64,000 nucleotides of DNA, from positions 434,001 through 498,000 of the forward strand of contig JAMWBK010000011.1 in the NCBI GenBank assembly GCA_029953675.1. The letters are read 5' to 3'. The number at the start of each line of letters is the position of its first letter. The stretch's first letter is position 1. Under the pieces are notes generated by a model that saw nothing but the letters and a program-made list of their open reading frames with translations, made no database searches and had not been told where the DNA came from. This stretch comes from Rhodosorus marinus CCMP1338 (lineage: Eukaryota > Plantae > Rhodophyta). Below, piece by piece: positions 46,705 through 60,123 of this stretch. The translations under genes and the position numbers were made by a program.

Positions 46705-47321
46705 AAGAGATACGAACTGGACTATCAACTCGCACCAAGAATCTGATCGGAGCTTGGTCAATCAGCCCTGATTTTTACCTCCCAGCATCTTCAACAAGTG
46801 AAGATCCATCACCGACATTGCTGCTTTCCAAGCAAATTCGTTTCCGCGCTACGTCGACACCTGAGGGCTTGCTCGTAGAGTTCAAGAGCAATATTCGGTC
46901 TTGTGAGGACCGGTTCTCGAGTCTCATACTATCGTATTCTACTACTTGTCCCTGCGATGCCCTCTGTAGTACCGGAGTCCCACTTCTATCTCAGAAGGAT
47001 CTCCTCTCTCTGTTTCCTTGAGCGCTGTCCTTAGCTTTCCGGATGTCAACGCAACTTTTTGTTATCCAATTCCACTTTGGAACTGAAACGTCGAGCATCG
47101 ACAACGTTCCTTCTCAAGTCCAGTCCAATGCTGTTATCGGTTTGTCGTTGTGGACGTGTCCTAGTATAGACGGTATTCGTCTAGACAAGCCAAAGCCTGT
47201 ATAAGATATGTGAGAAGACATCTCTACGCATCACATAGTGTCCTTACCTCATTGCTCAGTGCTTGCCTAAGTCATGGAGAGATGTGCTCCACTCCGGGTG
47301 TAGGTGAACTGACTTGAGGTT

Positions 47322-47394
47322 TGCACGCATCCCTACCAAGTTCTTAGTTCCTTTTAACGGTTTGCGTAGCGCTGTAGGCTATGCAAATAAAGCC
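47322..47394 (+). mobile_element. Family C 3' end (73 bp) just upstream of WDR83
   Basis: Sequence tgcacgcatccctaccaagttcttag...aaataaagcc with TSD aggtt at 47317-21 and 47395-99. Confidence 0.8.
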
Positions 47395-47459
47395 AGGTTG
47401 AGGGGGAGGAGAGCTGTGGGCTTGTTCGGAGAAGGATGGATTGACCACTGCTTTGACTA

Positions 47460-48579
47460 ATGGGTGAGAGAGGGTGGCCAACGAGACCATCCAAGCCGCT
47501 CAAGTCCCATACGGGGACTGTGAATGCGGTTAGGTTCAACAGGTCCGGTCAGTACTGTGCGAGCGCGGGGGCGGATAAGACGGTGCGGTTGTGGAACCCA
47601 CACAAGCAGCTGCTTGTGAAGACGTACTCGGGACATGGCTACGAAGTTGCTGACGTAACGATGTGAGTTTATTGAGATATCTAAATCGACTGTGTTCGGG
47701 TTGCTCGTTGGGACCTTTGTCTGAAAAATGCGCGTTGCCTCTTACGTTGTTATCTGATCTAACGATTAGATCTCGGGACAACAACAGCTTTGCTTCATGC
47801 GGCGGGGACAAGTTAGTGTTCCTGTGGGACGTCGCGAGTGGAAAGACCATGAGGCGGTTCGGTGGATCGCGAGACGGTGGTCACAACGGACGGATGAACT
47901 GCGTCTCATTCTGTGGGATGGATGATTCGCTCCTGGTCACTGGATCCTACGATACCACGCTCAAGTTTTGGGACGTCCGTTCACGTAGCTTGGAGCCGGT
48001 CCAGACCTTGACGGGAGCAAAGGATTCCGTTTCATCCATAGGCGTTCGTGGCCATCTCGTTCTCTCCGCCTCCGTTGATGGCGCTGCTAGAGTTCACGAT
48101 GTTCGTACGGGAACAATCACCGTGGACCATATAGGCTCGCCTCTGGTCGATGCGAGGTTTTCAAGTGATGGAAACTGTCTCCTCGCCGCTTCGCTTGACG
48201 AAACCGTAAGGTATGGAAACGATCAAAACCAGCAACGGAGCTGGGTCGAAAGAAAACCGACAAATTTTGCGAACGTCTTTGTCTATGCAGACTCTTGGAC
48301 ATGGCTACAGGTGAAGTCCTGGCCTTATACCAAGGACATAGCAATTCCCAGTTCAGACTTGAATGTTCTCTCCTGCACGACGATTCTATTGTGGTCTGCG
48401 GATCGGAGGACGGAAGGGTAGCACTCTGGGATATAGTACAAACTGAAAAGGAACCAAAATCTTTCCGAAAAGCACACGAAAAGTCGGTCTCATCGATCTC
48501 GGTTCATCCTACCAGGAGAGAGTTCCTGAGCGCAGCTCAAGATGGGTCCATTGTGCTTTGGAAGCCGCCTGGCGATTAG
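47460..48579 (+). CDS. WDR83: WD repeat protein 83 (MORG1), 3 exons (introns 47663-47769, 48211-48290)
   Basis: HTGTVNAVRFNRSGQYCASAGADKTVRLWNP, GHGYEVADV, SFASCGGDK, GSYDTTLKFWDVRS and YQGHSNSQFRLEC. Confidence 0.88.
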
Positions 48580-48761
48580 CTGGCTACACGGACAGAAGCT
48601 CTTGACGACAGTGTACGAATTATTTTATCTCAGCCGGTCAGACAACGCCAAACAATGTGCAGCCTCCACTTTTTCATAACCTTAAAAGCGCATCGGTTTG
48701 TTGGTTCTTTTCCTGCCCGACACCTAAGAAACAAACGGTTTCGGCCGACAAACGGAAGTAT

Positions 48762-49228
48762 TTATCTATCACGAGCGTTCCTCGCGATCCTCTGCCTCTT
48801 CCTGGACATGGCCTCCTTGCGAATTCTCCTCTCAGTTGTGGTCTCAAAGTTTTTTCTCCTCCTGATCTCCATCAGGTGGCCAGATTTGAGAACCTCCCTC
48901 TTGAAACGCCTCAGCGCCTGCTCAATATTCTCACCATCGTCAAGATTAACTGCAACTTCCATGTTGACTCTCGCTATTCAACACAGAAAAAAAACAAGAT
49001 GAACAAAACTTTAGCCCAAGAAACCCGCCCCCTCCCCCCGTCAAAAAGCCCTTTAGACCTCATCCACCGAAATCCACATAAAAAAAATTCCAACGTTTGC
49101 CTACCTCTCGGCGCCGGAGCATTAGCTACAACCTGAGCTCCATGGAATCCGCTCCTCGCGCAGACATTGCCACCATTGAACTCAGACCGCTTCGTCGAAC
49201 CAACACCAAATCCACCCACAAACGCCAT
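48762..49228 (-). CDS. rpsU: Nuclear-encoded plastid ribosomal protein S21 (bS21c), 2 exons (intron 49104-48974)
   Basis: Transit peptide MAFVGGFGVGSTKRS, then GENIEQALRRFKREVLKSGHLMEIRRRKNFET. Confidence 0.85.
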
Positions 49229-49262
49229 CCTCTCAAACGATTCCCCCCCAAAAGAAAAATAC

Positions 49263-49292
49263 AAACACACGCACACACACACACACACACAC
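49263..49292. repeat. (CA)n microsatellite
   Basis: Sequence aaacacacgcacacacacacacacacaca. Confidence 0.9.
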
Positions 49293-50428
49293 AACAGATC
49301 TCCTCAAATCCCAACCCGAAACCTCTCAACGAAGCTCTCTCGTCCTTTCCCTCCCTCCTAGAAATCGCATCCAACATCTCCTTCCCCACCCCAGCACTTA
49401 AAACCCTCCTCTCCTTACCCCCTTTCACTCCTCCCATTACTCCAAATAGACCCCCACTTTTCCAATGCAAATTTCAACGATTTCCCCCCCCACCGTCCCC
49501 ACAAAACCTCCTCAAAATCTCCGAAATTTACCCCCCCCGCAAAATGCCGCTTCTGCTCACCATTTTATGTTGACGGGCGGAATTTTACAATCTCCCTCCG
49601 AGGCCAGAAAGCAAACGCTTTCATCTCATACCATGGCCATATGGGGAAGAAAAAACGGAGAAAGGTAACCCCTTTTCACCAACGGAGTGATACAGAAAAC
49701 GATGGTTTGGGTATAATTTGAATTGGACTTAAAACTTCCAGGCCAGGGCGAGGGGCGTCGATTATGGCTGGTTATACCCGTTCGGATAATTACCATTGAT
49801 ATTCTGACACGTGTTGTTTTGGAAAGAGCCTGGCTTTTTTTTGTGGGAGCTGGTGGTATTGGCCGATGGATTGGTTGGGGGGGGTTCTTCAACGAGGCCA
49901 AGCTGCTGAAAGGTTTGATGGGGTAGGCGGGGTAGCTGGTTGAGAGCCTGCTGCTGAGTTTGTTAGGTTTGAGATGTCTCTCGGGGGCCCTTCTTCCCTC
50001 CTGTGCTTTTGTTTTTTTTCGGGAGATGGGGATGGGTTTAGGGACCGAGCATGGTTCTGTTCAGCAGACGAGCGACTAGCGCGTAGGTAGGACAGGGAGC
50101 AGGCTGGATCTCTGTTCGGCAAATGCACCTGGACATCCTTGGTACATCCACGTAGGAACCGGTTTCAAGTGCTAGCCCAGAGGGAGACGACGGTTTGGGG
50201 TTGGTTTTCTTGGTGAGGTAGAAGTGGTTCGTAAGCGTTTATCATCTTTGCACCTGCTGACACGAATGTGGGTCTTCTACGTTCGTGCTGCATTTAGTTC
50301 TAGGCTCTTTCCGCTGCCCGTTTCTCTTCACGTCCAGTAACATTGCAAGCGGGGTCCTCAGGAGGATGCTTGGTGGCACTCGATTTTTGTGGAATAGATA
50401 ATAAGATAGAATTTTAATTTCGTGTGAG

Positions 50429-51112
50429 TTACTCGTAGGACATAGGATAATAATATCCGCTCGGGGTGGGGTGCGCTGAGCGGGGAACATAGGCATGGTG
50501 GTGGTAGACTGGTACTTCGTGGTGAGGATAAATCGGGACGATGTTGTACGCAGGTCTAACTTCGTAAGGAGGTAGCTTGTAGTATCCAGATGGGGAGACA
50601 TGTCTGGGATAACCCATGGACGAATTTTGTTGCCTCTGCAGTCGTCTCTTCAGGGTTGAGTTGAAGCGGTTCTTAATAGAGTTATCCGTCCTTCCCTTCA
50701 ACTGACTCGCAATGAGGGACCACTTGTTCCCGTATTGAGCATGTGCCCGAATGATAATCTGATCCTCTTCAGCGGTCCAACCTTTCCTCTTCAATTCCGG
50801 GTCGAGCTGATTAAGCCACCTCTCCCTAGCTTGCTTCCCGGTACGCCCCGGAATGTTCTTCGCAATGAGAGTCCACCTATTCGGCCCATGCTTCTCCACT
50901 AACGATCTCAAAAGCACATCTTCAGCCTTTGTCCACGCCCTCTTGCCTCTCGGTAGCTGCGTGTCACCCTGCTCCTTCTCACCCCCTACTCCTACTACCG
51001 CCGCCTGACACAGCAACTCCAATCCCGGGCTCTCCGATCCGGTCTCCTCCGAAGAAATACTCCCCTCCGCCGACGACACAGACGACAACGAAGGTAGTTT
51101 CACAACAGCCAT
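50429..51112 (-). CDS. Two-repeat (R2R3-type) MYB transcription factor
   Basis: WTKAEDVLL...W...GRTGKQARERWLNQLDP..WTAEEDQII..HAQYGNKWSLIASQLKGRTDNSIKNRFN. ATG at 51112 is assumed. Confidence 0.88.
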   Translation of the reverse strand: MAVVKLPSLSSVSSAEGSISSEETGSESPGLELLCQAAVVGVGGEKEQGDTQLPRGKRAWTKAEDVLLRSLVEKHGPNRWTLIAKNIPGRTGKQARERWLNQLDPELKRKGWTAEEDQIIIRAHAQYGNKWSLIASQLKGRTDNSIKNRFNSTLKRRLQRQQNSSMGYPRHVSPSGYYKLPPYEVRPAYNIVPIYPHHEVPVYHHHAYVPRSAHPTPSGYYYPMSYE

Positions 51113-53407
51113 TTCTCCCGCAGCCGCAACACCAAAAGAACAAGCAGAAGACCCTTCTCCTCGCACCAACTTTTCCTCCCTCACAACGCCTGCCAAGTCC
51201 AATACCAACATCTCCTTATATCAACCCCTGCCCCCACACCAGCCAAAGCACATCCCAAACCTGCCGTCAATAATAAATCCTTCTCGATTTCCGTTCCCTG
51301 CGGACCCACCAAAAACACAACAAAAAATAGCCCTTTGAGCTCTGATGCATCTCAACTTGATATGACCAGCACCGATTGGACAATTCCGTGCCAGTCGCTA
51401 GAATATCTAATCCTCGTTTACACGCCCACAGTAGTCATTTCATACGTCGGTTACAATACCCATCTTCCATTCGTGTATCGCTTCGGAATATCAAATTCAT
51501 GTCCAATTACTATTCCTCACAAAGCACGAGATCTTTTCCGATTAGTATTCAACTCACCCCATTGGCTAAAGCATCCGGAGGTCGGTTACCCTCCGCCGGC
51601 TAGAATCGCATATCTTCTGCCCCTCTCCCAACCCCTATCAGGGAAAACGACATACTGATCTAGTCAAGGAAAAGTACCAACTGATGGAGTTTAATTGGTT
51701 GGATAGAAGAAACTTTTTGATATCTCCTAGGGCTTGAAAATAAAGGGGGTAATTTCGTTCTTTGAGGAAACCATTATATTGTGTTAAGTAAATTTTAGTT
51801 CCCTTATACTCTTTTAGAAACGAGAAGAGAAAGGGGGTTAATGAGTTCAGCCAGATATGATACGTCGACATAGAATTTTGTTTTGGAAAAAGGATGGCTG
51901 GAGTATTTAATCCAATCGGCGTTGAGATTTTTTAGCGGGAGATTAAAAATGGGAAGTTTTTGGGGGTAGTGGGGAACGTGGGGTGCGAGTATTTTATTTA
52001 CGTCATTCAATCTTTATTCATGGGGGTTGGTTTCTTTTTCGTCCAATGGAGATTCGACAACGATGTGGTAATAGGATTGAAATCTGAAGCTGAAGGGGTG
52101 GAGTTTCCAGTGGTAGAAAAAACTACACTCTTTTTAACCCCACAACCTGCCCCCCTCCTTTCCCCTTCCATCGTTCTTTATGAAGTCTCGTTTTTTTAGA
52201 TTTCTGGAGGACGGGTTGAACGTGGAAGAGCTGGTGCATTCGACCGGTAAGGGAACCCACCATTGCACTTTCGGTTTAGCAGAACTTTTTTCCCAATTTT
52301 TTGTCTCCCCCTCTCCATTCTCCCTTATGCTAGAAAAAGACGGACAATCTGTCCACAATTTCTCTTGGAAAAAGGGGGGGGGAGGGGGGTGTGGCTTGAA
52401 CGGGTGGAAATGACCCTGACAAGCTCTGTGAACTTGACGGCAGGACGAGGTTTGATTTCTGTGAAGGGGTTTTCATGACTGCATGCGGTTGGGTGGATTT
52501 GATCAGCAACCGAATCCAGTCAGATAGTAACCAGCCCCTGCGCTCACATCAGGAGCGCTATAGCGGGTAGTATTGATAGTTTGAAGCGGCCCCAGAAGCA
52601 ATTTCCTGAACGTCAATGACAGCGTTATAGATTGGGTTTGTTGATTTGATTTTTGCCATCGGGGGATGAGATTTCAGATTGTGAAGGGTCGTGGCGAATG
52701 AATTGTTCGCTCTGAGTGACGGGCATGGCTGTGGTCAGGATTCTTTCCGGGATTCTTGTCAGTATGCGGCGAAACTCCGCTGCTTTGGAGTCGCGATTAT
52801 TGGGTGACGTTGTTAGAGCTTCTCGCCCCTCCGCTTCACGTGCGGCCCTGTCCTCGCTCTTGTTCTCAGTTTTTCTTCCATAGCAACGTGCGGGGAGACA
52901 GCTAGGAACGAGCACTAATACTAACTGATTGTCCTCTAAGAAAATTCAGACTGTCCCTGTCCCCCTTGATCAATCTATGTTAGTACAAAGCTACTTCGCC
53001 ACTATTGGACTACTAAGCACGGTTCTTTGGGCAGCTCTTCTACTCGACGTCTCAGACTGGGTGCGTAACGTTCTTCACCCGAGCTTTCCTCCCCACGACC
53101 TCTGCGGTATTCAGGTTTGCGTTCTGTTGTTGAACAGAGGTTTTCATTAGTAGGTCTTCTTAAGATACGAAGCGCTTCCGTTTTGTCTAGAAATCTGGAT
53201 TTGTGTCTGCGACCGAAATCGAGTTCAAGATTGCTTCAACTTCCCGTCGAGTTTAGGAATGCTTCCAACTTCCCATCTAGGGACAACCGCCTGCGAGAGC
53301 AAGCTGTTTTACCTTCTACGCAACCGTATCTACTAGCATCAGCCTCCATGGGCTTTGGGTTTGGGAAGAGATCAGCCCAGGGCTAGGGTCACAAAGGACG
53401 AAAGACC

Positions 53408-54866
53408 ATGACAGCGTTTCTAGGGGCGATTCTGAGGTATAGACCGCCGGTATTGTTCCAGTCCAGCCGTGCTTTCTCGACTCATGAACTGGCTAACAAC
53501 TTAATTCACGGCGATCGTGTTGCACTGAGTCGCTCGATCACGCTCGTGGAATCCTCCCTCGCCGAGCATAGGGTCGCTTCGGAGAATCTGCTCGACGTCG
53601 TCTCGAGAGAGATATCGAGGAGGAAGTCGTCAATCCGGATCGGAATAAGCGGCAGTCCGGGAGTAGGTAAGAGCAGCTTTATCGAGTCCATTGGCGGATG
53701 GCTTGTTTCGAGGGGAACCAAAGTGGCAGTCCTCGTAAGCAATGTGCTCAAAAATTCCAGTATCAAACAATGCGGACGTCTCACTTCGACTCTCGGATTG
53801 TTCTTGTCCTACGCAGACCATCGACCCGTCATCTATGCAAAGTGGTGGGTCCCTGCTCGGTGACAAGACCAGGATGGAGCTGCTTGCTCGACATCCGTTG
53901 TCATTTGTTCGAAGTACACCAACCCGAGGCTTCCTTGGAGGACTCTCCCGTAGTTCCGACGAAGCACTGACGCTCTGTGAAGGAGTAGGTCTATCCCTCT
54001 AGACGAAGACTCGATGAGAGTGTCAAGTCGCTGACTAGGACATAGCTGTGGTTTTCAAGGCAGGCTACGACGTTACTTTCGTGGAATCCGTTGGAATAGG
54101 TCAGTCTGAAACTGCGCTGGCAGACGTCGTGGACGTTTTCGTGCTTCTAATCGCTCCCTCGGCAGGAGACGAGCTTCAAGGAATGAAGAAAGGCGTCCTG
54201 GAGCACGCCGACTTCATTGTCATCAATAAGGTTCGATTACCCCCCCGCCGGGCAGATCAGCAAGAAAAAGCACGTTCCGCTGATCACTCAATCCTTGGCA
54301 GGCCGACGGAAGCCTTTTGAAACTTTCGAAAGAAACGAAACATGAATTCGCGCTCTCCGTTGCCATGAACCGCAGAAAGCACTCCTTCTGGCAGCCCCCG
54401 CTGCTTCTCTCCAGCAACCGCGCACCGTACGATCAAAACGAACCCCAGGGCGAGCCTGATACGGACTCCGTACTTCACCCTGGCCAGTTGTGGCCTCTGC
54501 TCACAGGCTTCCGAGACCAGCTTGACCGGCGCGGATTGATAGAGAAGAAGAAGGTGAGTGTTCACGAGCCATTCCAGAGCCAAGAAAAAAGCCTTAGCGC
54601 ATCCCCCACCCCCCAACCAGATCGCGAACAGAATAGCATGGACTGACACCGAGGCCGTCGAACTTGCACGGGACCTTTTTAAAAACGATCCGGAGCTCAT
54701 CGCGGAGAGACAATACCTCATCCAGCAGCTGTCAGCCGGATCCATGTCATCCAGAAGCGCCGCTCGACACCTCGTAAGCACCCTCCGTGGGTCGGGGCAG
54801 CGTATGCCCGATCGACCAACTTCGCGAGGACAAAAAAAAAAGCAAATCCCGGCAAAGGCTCAGTAA
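53408..54866 (+). CDS. MMAA: Methylmalonyl-CoA mutase-associated GTPase (MMAA/MeaB/ArgK), multi-exon
   Basis: LSRSITLVES, IGISGSPGVGKSSFIE, IDPSSMQSGGSLLGDKTRM, ESVGIGQSE and GDELQGMKKG. Confidence 0.92.
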
Positions 54867-55345
54867 GCTCAGCTCTTCTCCACAGATGAAGTTGAGGGCA
54901 GCAACAAGAACGAAAACCCGGGTACCACAAACCTAACACCCCGGCGACCAGACCGACCCAACTTAAATTTCTAAATTAATGACTATCTACGCAATTTAGA
55001 AAGTAAAGATTGTATTATGCAAACATTTCGTGAATTTTAGCATGGTTATTACAATAATTATGAATTATGTTGTACCTGTGTTAGGATAATTCGGCGATCG
55101 GTCGGGGCTTGGTATTCAGTCCTAATGTTCAAGGGGGACTTTTTCGTTGATGGGAAGAGTGACTAGGAATGGGGCATTTCGGAATTGTTTGATTTTGGTA
55201 TGTTTTAGAAGGTTTTTGCGGGTTTGGTTGGGTTTGCTGGGTAGTTTTTGGGGTATACTAGAAGGGAGGCTCTACTTTCCTTTCTTCTCGGCTGAAGGGG
55301 TTGGTTTTGTTAAGGGAGGAGCTTTGTTTCGTTATTTTGAGAAAG

Positions 55346-58305
55346 ATGGGCTCCTCGCTGCCTTCGAAGGAGCAGTCCCAGTTCCGTCAGCTGGTGAAGT
55401 TCTACGAGACGAAGCAGCACAAGAAGGCGCAGAAGACGGCGGACGGGATACTGAAGAAGTTTCCCAACCATGGGGAGACGTTGGCGATGAAAGGACTGGT
55501 TTTGAACTCTGTGAACAAAAAGGAAGAGGCGTATGAGCTGGTCAAGCTCGGGCTGAAGAACGATCTTAAATCGCACGTGTGCTGGCATGTCTATGGGCTC
55601 TTGTACCGATCAGATCGTCTGTACGTAGACGCTTCCAGGGCATACCTCCAGGCGTTAAGAATAGATCCTGAAAATGTCCAGATCCTCCGGGATCTGGCTC
55701 TGCTTCAGATCCAGACCCGGCACTTTGAGGGCTTCATATCCACGAGACGAACCCTGCTAACATTGAAACCAGGACAGAAGAACAACTGGATCGCTTTCGC
55801 CCTCGCGAATCACGTATTGAAAAACTACGCTGAGGCAGTGAAGATCATAGACACCTACTCCGCAACCATTGTCCCTGGAGACGACCGTGAGAGTGTCTAT
55901 GAAAGAGGTGAGCTCCAGCTCTACAAAAACTCCATCCTCGAAGAAAACGGAGACCACGATGCGGCGCTGAAACACCTAGAGAGAATAAAGGACATCGTCG
56001 TCGACCGATCGGCTTTTCTAGAGGCGCAAGCTCGTAACCTCCTCGCTCTGGAACGCAACAAGGAAGCCGAGGAAATCGCCCTCGAGCTGCTAGAGAGGAA
56101 CATGGAGAACTCCGTCTATCATGAACAGTACCATCAGGCAGTTCTCTCGGACGAGAACGTTGCTGAAGAGCACCAACCGCGCCGAAAAATCGAACTATGT
56201 GATGAACTTTCAAAATCCAATCCCAAAATGCTGCTTCCAAAGCGTATGCCTTTGGACCTCCTCGACCAAGGTAAGCCCATCGGGACTCGGCCGTGCCCTA
56301 CTATCTCCCTAGTCGCCTGCACGAGGTACGAGGAAGGAGCTAACTGCGTACCACCTCGTCATAAATTTTCCAGGTTCGAAGGAGGACTTTGTAAAGCGGC
56401 TCGATTCGTACGTTCGGTGGTTCCTGGAGAGAGGAGTACCTGCGCTCAGCGTGGACCTTAAGTCGCTGTACCGAGCAGAATGGAAAGTTTTGGCGATTGA
56501 GAAGCTTTTCACTGGCTTTGAGAACAGTCTGAAAGAATCTGGCGCCCTCCCTGCTGTCGACAACGATACGCATAGTCCCGTAAAGTCAGGCAACAGCAGT
56601 CCAGCGGTGGTTTTCTGGGTCATGCTGTTCCTTGCACAGCACTATGATCGAATTGGGGATCTCGACGGTGCTCTGAAGTACATTAATCGTGCGATCGAGC
56701 ACACTCCGACGGTGATCGAGGCCTTTCAGGTCAAGGCCAAGATACTCAAACACTGCGGAAATCTAACTGAGGCCGCCGAGGTGAGCAAATCATCACCATA
56801 AACCTCGCCATAATCGACGAACGAGCTCAAGCCCATCAATTCTCTCCGGCTTCCCCCCTCCTCCGTCTCTGATCTTGTCTGTGAAAAGTGCGCCGATGCC
56901 GCAAGAAAGATGGATCTGGCGGATCGATATCTAAATACAAAGTGTACTAAATACAACCTGAGGTGTAACAAAGTGGAAGAAGCAGAAGCTAACGTTGCTC
57001 TGTTCACGAGGGATGGTGAAACAAGAGGTGTTCAGGCATTATATGACATGCAGTGCATGTGGTAAGGTTTCAAGTTCACTGCCATGAAGCTTTCCAATGA
57101 TGCACCGCCCGAGTTCAGGTCTTTCTAAAGCGGATGGACCCTTTTTTTTCACCGGTTTCAAGGTTTGAATGTGAGATTGGTGATGCTTATATTAGGATGA
57201 AGAAACCCGGACTGGCGCTGAAGAATCTCAAGGCGGTAGAGAGACATTTCGATGACTTTATTGAGGATCAGTTCGATTTTCACACTTACTGCTTGCGGAA
57301 GGAGACCATGCGCTCATATGTTAACTTGCTGTTAGTGGAGGACGAGATAAGGTCAAGCAAATACTTCACCCGAGCTGCTAAGGCGGCGATTCGTTTGCAC
57401 ATTGATCTCCACGACAATCCGCAGCAGAAGGATGGTTCGGCTGAGCAAGCCGCTGCACTTGCCAACCTGTCCGTCGCGGAGAGGAAGAAGGCTCAATCCA
57501 AGTTGAGAAAATCCCAGGCGAAGAAGGCGGTAAGTTTTGTTGACTATTCCAATATTCCAATCGGCTTCGGCTAGTATGGAGCGGGGCGCTAAGGTCGTCG
57601 ATAATCTGCTACCGCTCCCAGGCCGCGGAAGAACTGAAGAAGAAGGATAACGGAAAGGCAGACGGGAAGAAGGGTAAGGGGGGTGGAGATGGATGGATGG
57701 AGACGGACCCGGACGGTTCAGAGCTGCTCAAAGGGATCAAGGACCACATGGTAGAAGCTGCTCGATTACTGAGGGAGCTCGAAAAATATGCTCCACGCGA
57801 TGTTGAAACGCACGAGCTTGCGTTTGAGGTGGCGATCCGCCGTAACAAATATTTGCAAGCGCTTAGAGCGGTGAACAGGGCGGCTGCGGTACAGCCTCGG
57901 TCATCGGCTTCGGTAAATCTGGTTGTACGGCTTCGTTTGGACGTGGAAGACAACGAGGAGAAGACAAGCTCAGCGTTACCCGAGGTCCTAGAGGTAGTTT
58001 CGACCTGTGGTACCCACAAGATCGTGGGAGATCGGAGCCTTTCCGGGTACGTCAATGAAATCATGACGGATAGTGCACAGAGTAGCGACACACGTTTGGG
58101 ATGCGGCATGGCTCTGCTTAGAATTGCCGGCAACGAAAACGAGAGGAGCAGGGCCATGGAAGTGCTCCAGGACCTGTCAGGAGCCTCGTTCAAGACCTGC
58201 CGTCAGCTTGCCTCGAGTCTCAGCTCATTCGCCAAAACGGAGGAAGTGGAGTCCTTCAAAGAAGCTGTGAAAGAGAAGTACCCGCAATGTACTGTGCCGT
58301 TGTAG
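55346..58305 (+). CDS. NAA15: N-alpha-acetyltransferase 15, NatA auxiliary subunit, multi-exon
   Basis: LPSKEQSQFRQLVKFYETKQHKK, HGETLAMKGL, SHVCWHVYGL, AIEHTPTVIE and DQFDFHTYCLRK. Confidence 0.95.
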
Positions 58306-58964
58306 CCATTCTCTTAGGAGCACCGATGAACTATGAACGTCTTGACGTGGCTCGACAAACCGCTTTTATGTGCTGCGCGACACAATGACTATGTACATCA
58401 TCCATTCGAGAAAAAGGAAACAAACTACGGCTAGGACTAACAAAACGGTTTTTTCTACACGTGACGGGTTTGTCTCGGTACTACACTGATCGTACAAACC
58501 AGTGACACGAAAATAAAACTAATAAAAGGCAAAGAAAAGCGAGAGTTTGGAGCTGAGGAGGCTCTAACAAAGGAGGGAGATGCCCTGTGCCTAGCTCCAC
58601 CGTACCCACTCCTCCTAGGGGCTTTGTATTCACGTCCCCAGAATGCGACGTCCTTGTCGATGCTCCGCGTGGGACCCTGGAACGCCCCTTCCACTGTGTA
58701 CACGTGAGCTGGAGCGGTTAGTTACCAACAAGAAGGATTTCGTATCACAAGTTTTTCCTATTGGAGAAGATCAGATCGATCCATTGAGTAGGTCGCTGGT
58801 TGACTGAATTACTTTCATATGCGACAGAGTTGGGATCGGGCAGAGTAACATTCTTGGCACTTAGGGCCACTTGTTTCTTAGGGTTTCTGAGAGCGCTGAA
58901 TGATCTGACAGCGGTGTTCGTCGTTTTTTTTCGCCTCTGCTCATTTTGAAGGGAGCTGGAAAGG

Positions 58965-60123
58965 ATGTTTGGGTTTGTGGGTGTGCCTGGGTTTGGTATT
59001 GGGGTTGGCGGCTGTGGAAGCCGGCGAACGTTGAATCGATGTCGGGCGTTCTCTGATAACCCTATTGGAGTTCATTATTTGGTGTTCTCTGGGTCGCTGG
59101 AGGAGTCGGATGTGAGGAAGGCCGCCGCAGGGGCGAAGGACGCGGGGTATGATGTTCTTGAGTTGCCCATGATGGATGTGGACATGGATACAAGCATGAT
59201 CAAGAGCGTTTTAGATGAATATGGCCTGGTTCCAACTGGCTCATTGGGGTTGTCGGTGGATGCTGATATCAGCAGTACGGACCTGGAGGTCGTGAAGAAG
59301 GGTGAGAAGGTATTGCAAGCGGCTCTGTCTAACACCGAAGCGCTCGGGAGCAAGTAAGCAATGTTGAGACGAAGACTCCAACGGATGATCCCCATCGTAC
59401 CTTATCAACCCGATTTCACGTGTCGTAGGTTCCTCGGAGGCGTCATATTTTCCGCCCTCACCAAGTATGCCGGCCCACCCACCGAAGAAGGCATCGCGAA
59501 CAGCATATCTGTCCTCAAACCCCTGGCCCAAAGCGCGTCGAGCCTGGGAATCAAATTGGGGATCGAAAACGCCAACCGGTTCGAGACCAACCTCCTCAAC
59601 ACCGTCGAGGACAGTTGCCGCTTCATCGACAGGATAGGCGAGGACAGCTTGGTCGTCCACGCCGATACCTACCACATGAACATCGAGGAAGATGATATGG
59701 CAAACGCCATAAGAACAAATCACGAACAAATTGGTTACATGCACGGTAAGAACAGCCAAACAAACTGAACCCCTGCCTCCGTCTCATCAGGGTTGGTTGA
59801 GATACTGTCTTCTACAGAATGTCGCGTTCCCTCGCTAAAACTGGGACTGCCGCATTTTTGATTTTCAATCTGTCCCAGTTGGATCGAGTCACCGAGGATA
59901 CCTTGGCTCTGGAAGTGTGGACTTTCCTTCGGTCTTCGAGGCTCTGGCGGACGTTGACTATTCCGGAGTGATCACGTTTGAGTCGTTCAGTGCGAAGATC
60001 GTGCACCCGACGCTGTCCAGTTCGCTGGCGATCTGGAAGGAGAAGTGGGTGGATAGCGCGGACGTGGCGATCAAGGCCAGGGAGTTCATTCGGAAGGAGA
60101 TGGCCGCAGCTGTGCGCAAGTAG
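58965..60123 (+). CDS. D-psicose/D-tagatose 3-epimerase-family TIM-barrel enzyme with a putative plastid transit peptide, 3 exons
   Basis: GIENANRFETNLLNT, HADTYHMNIEE, YMHVGSSHRGYLGSG and ITFESFS. Introns at 59354-59428 and 59746-59878. Confidence 0.85.

Noticed and set aside
51300-53390. ORFs at 51335-53386, including 52625-52915 (-)
   Set aside because: No homology recognisable by eye; a small gene cannot be excluded.
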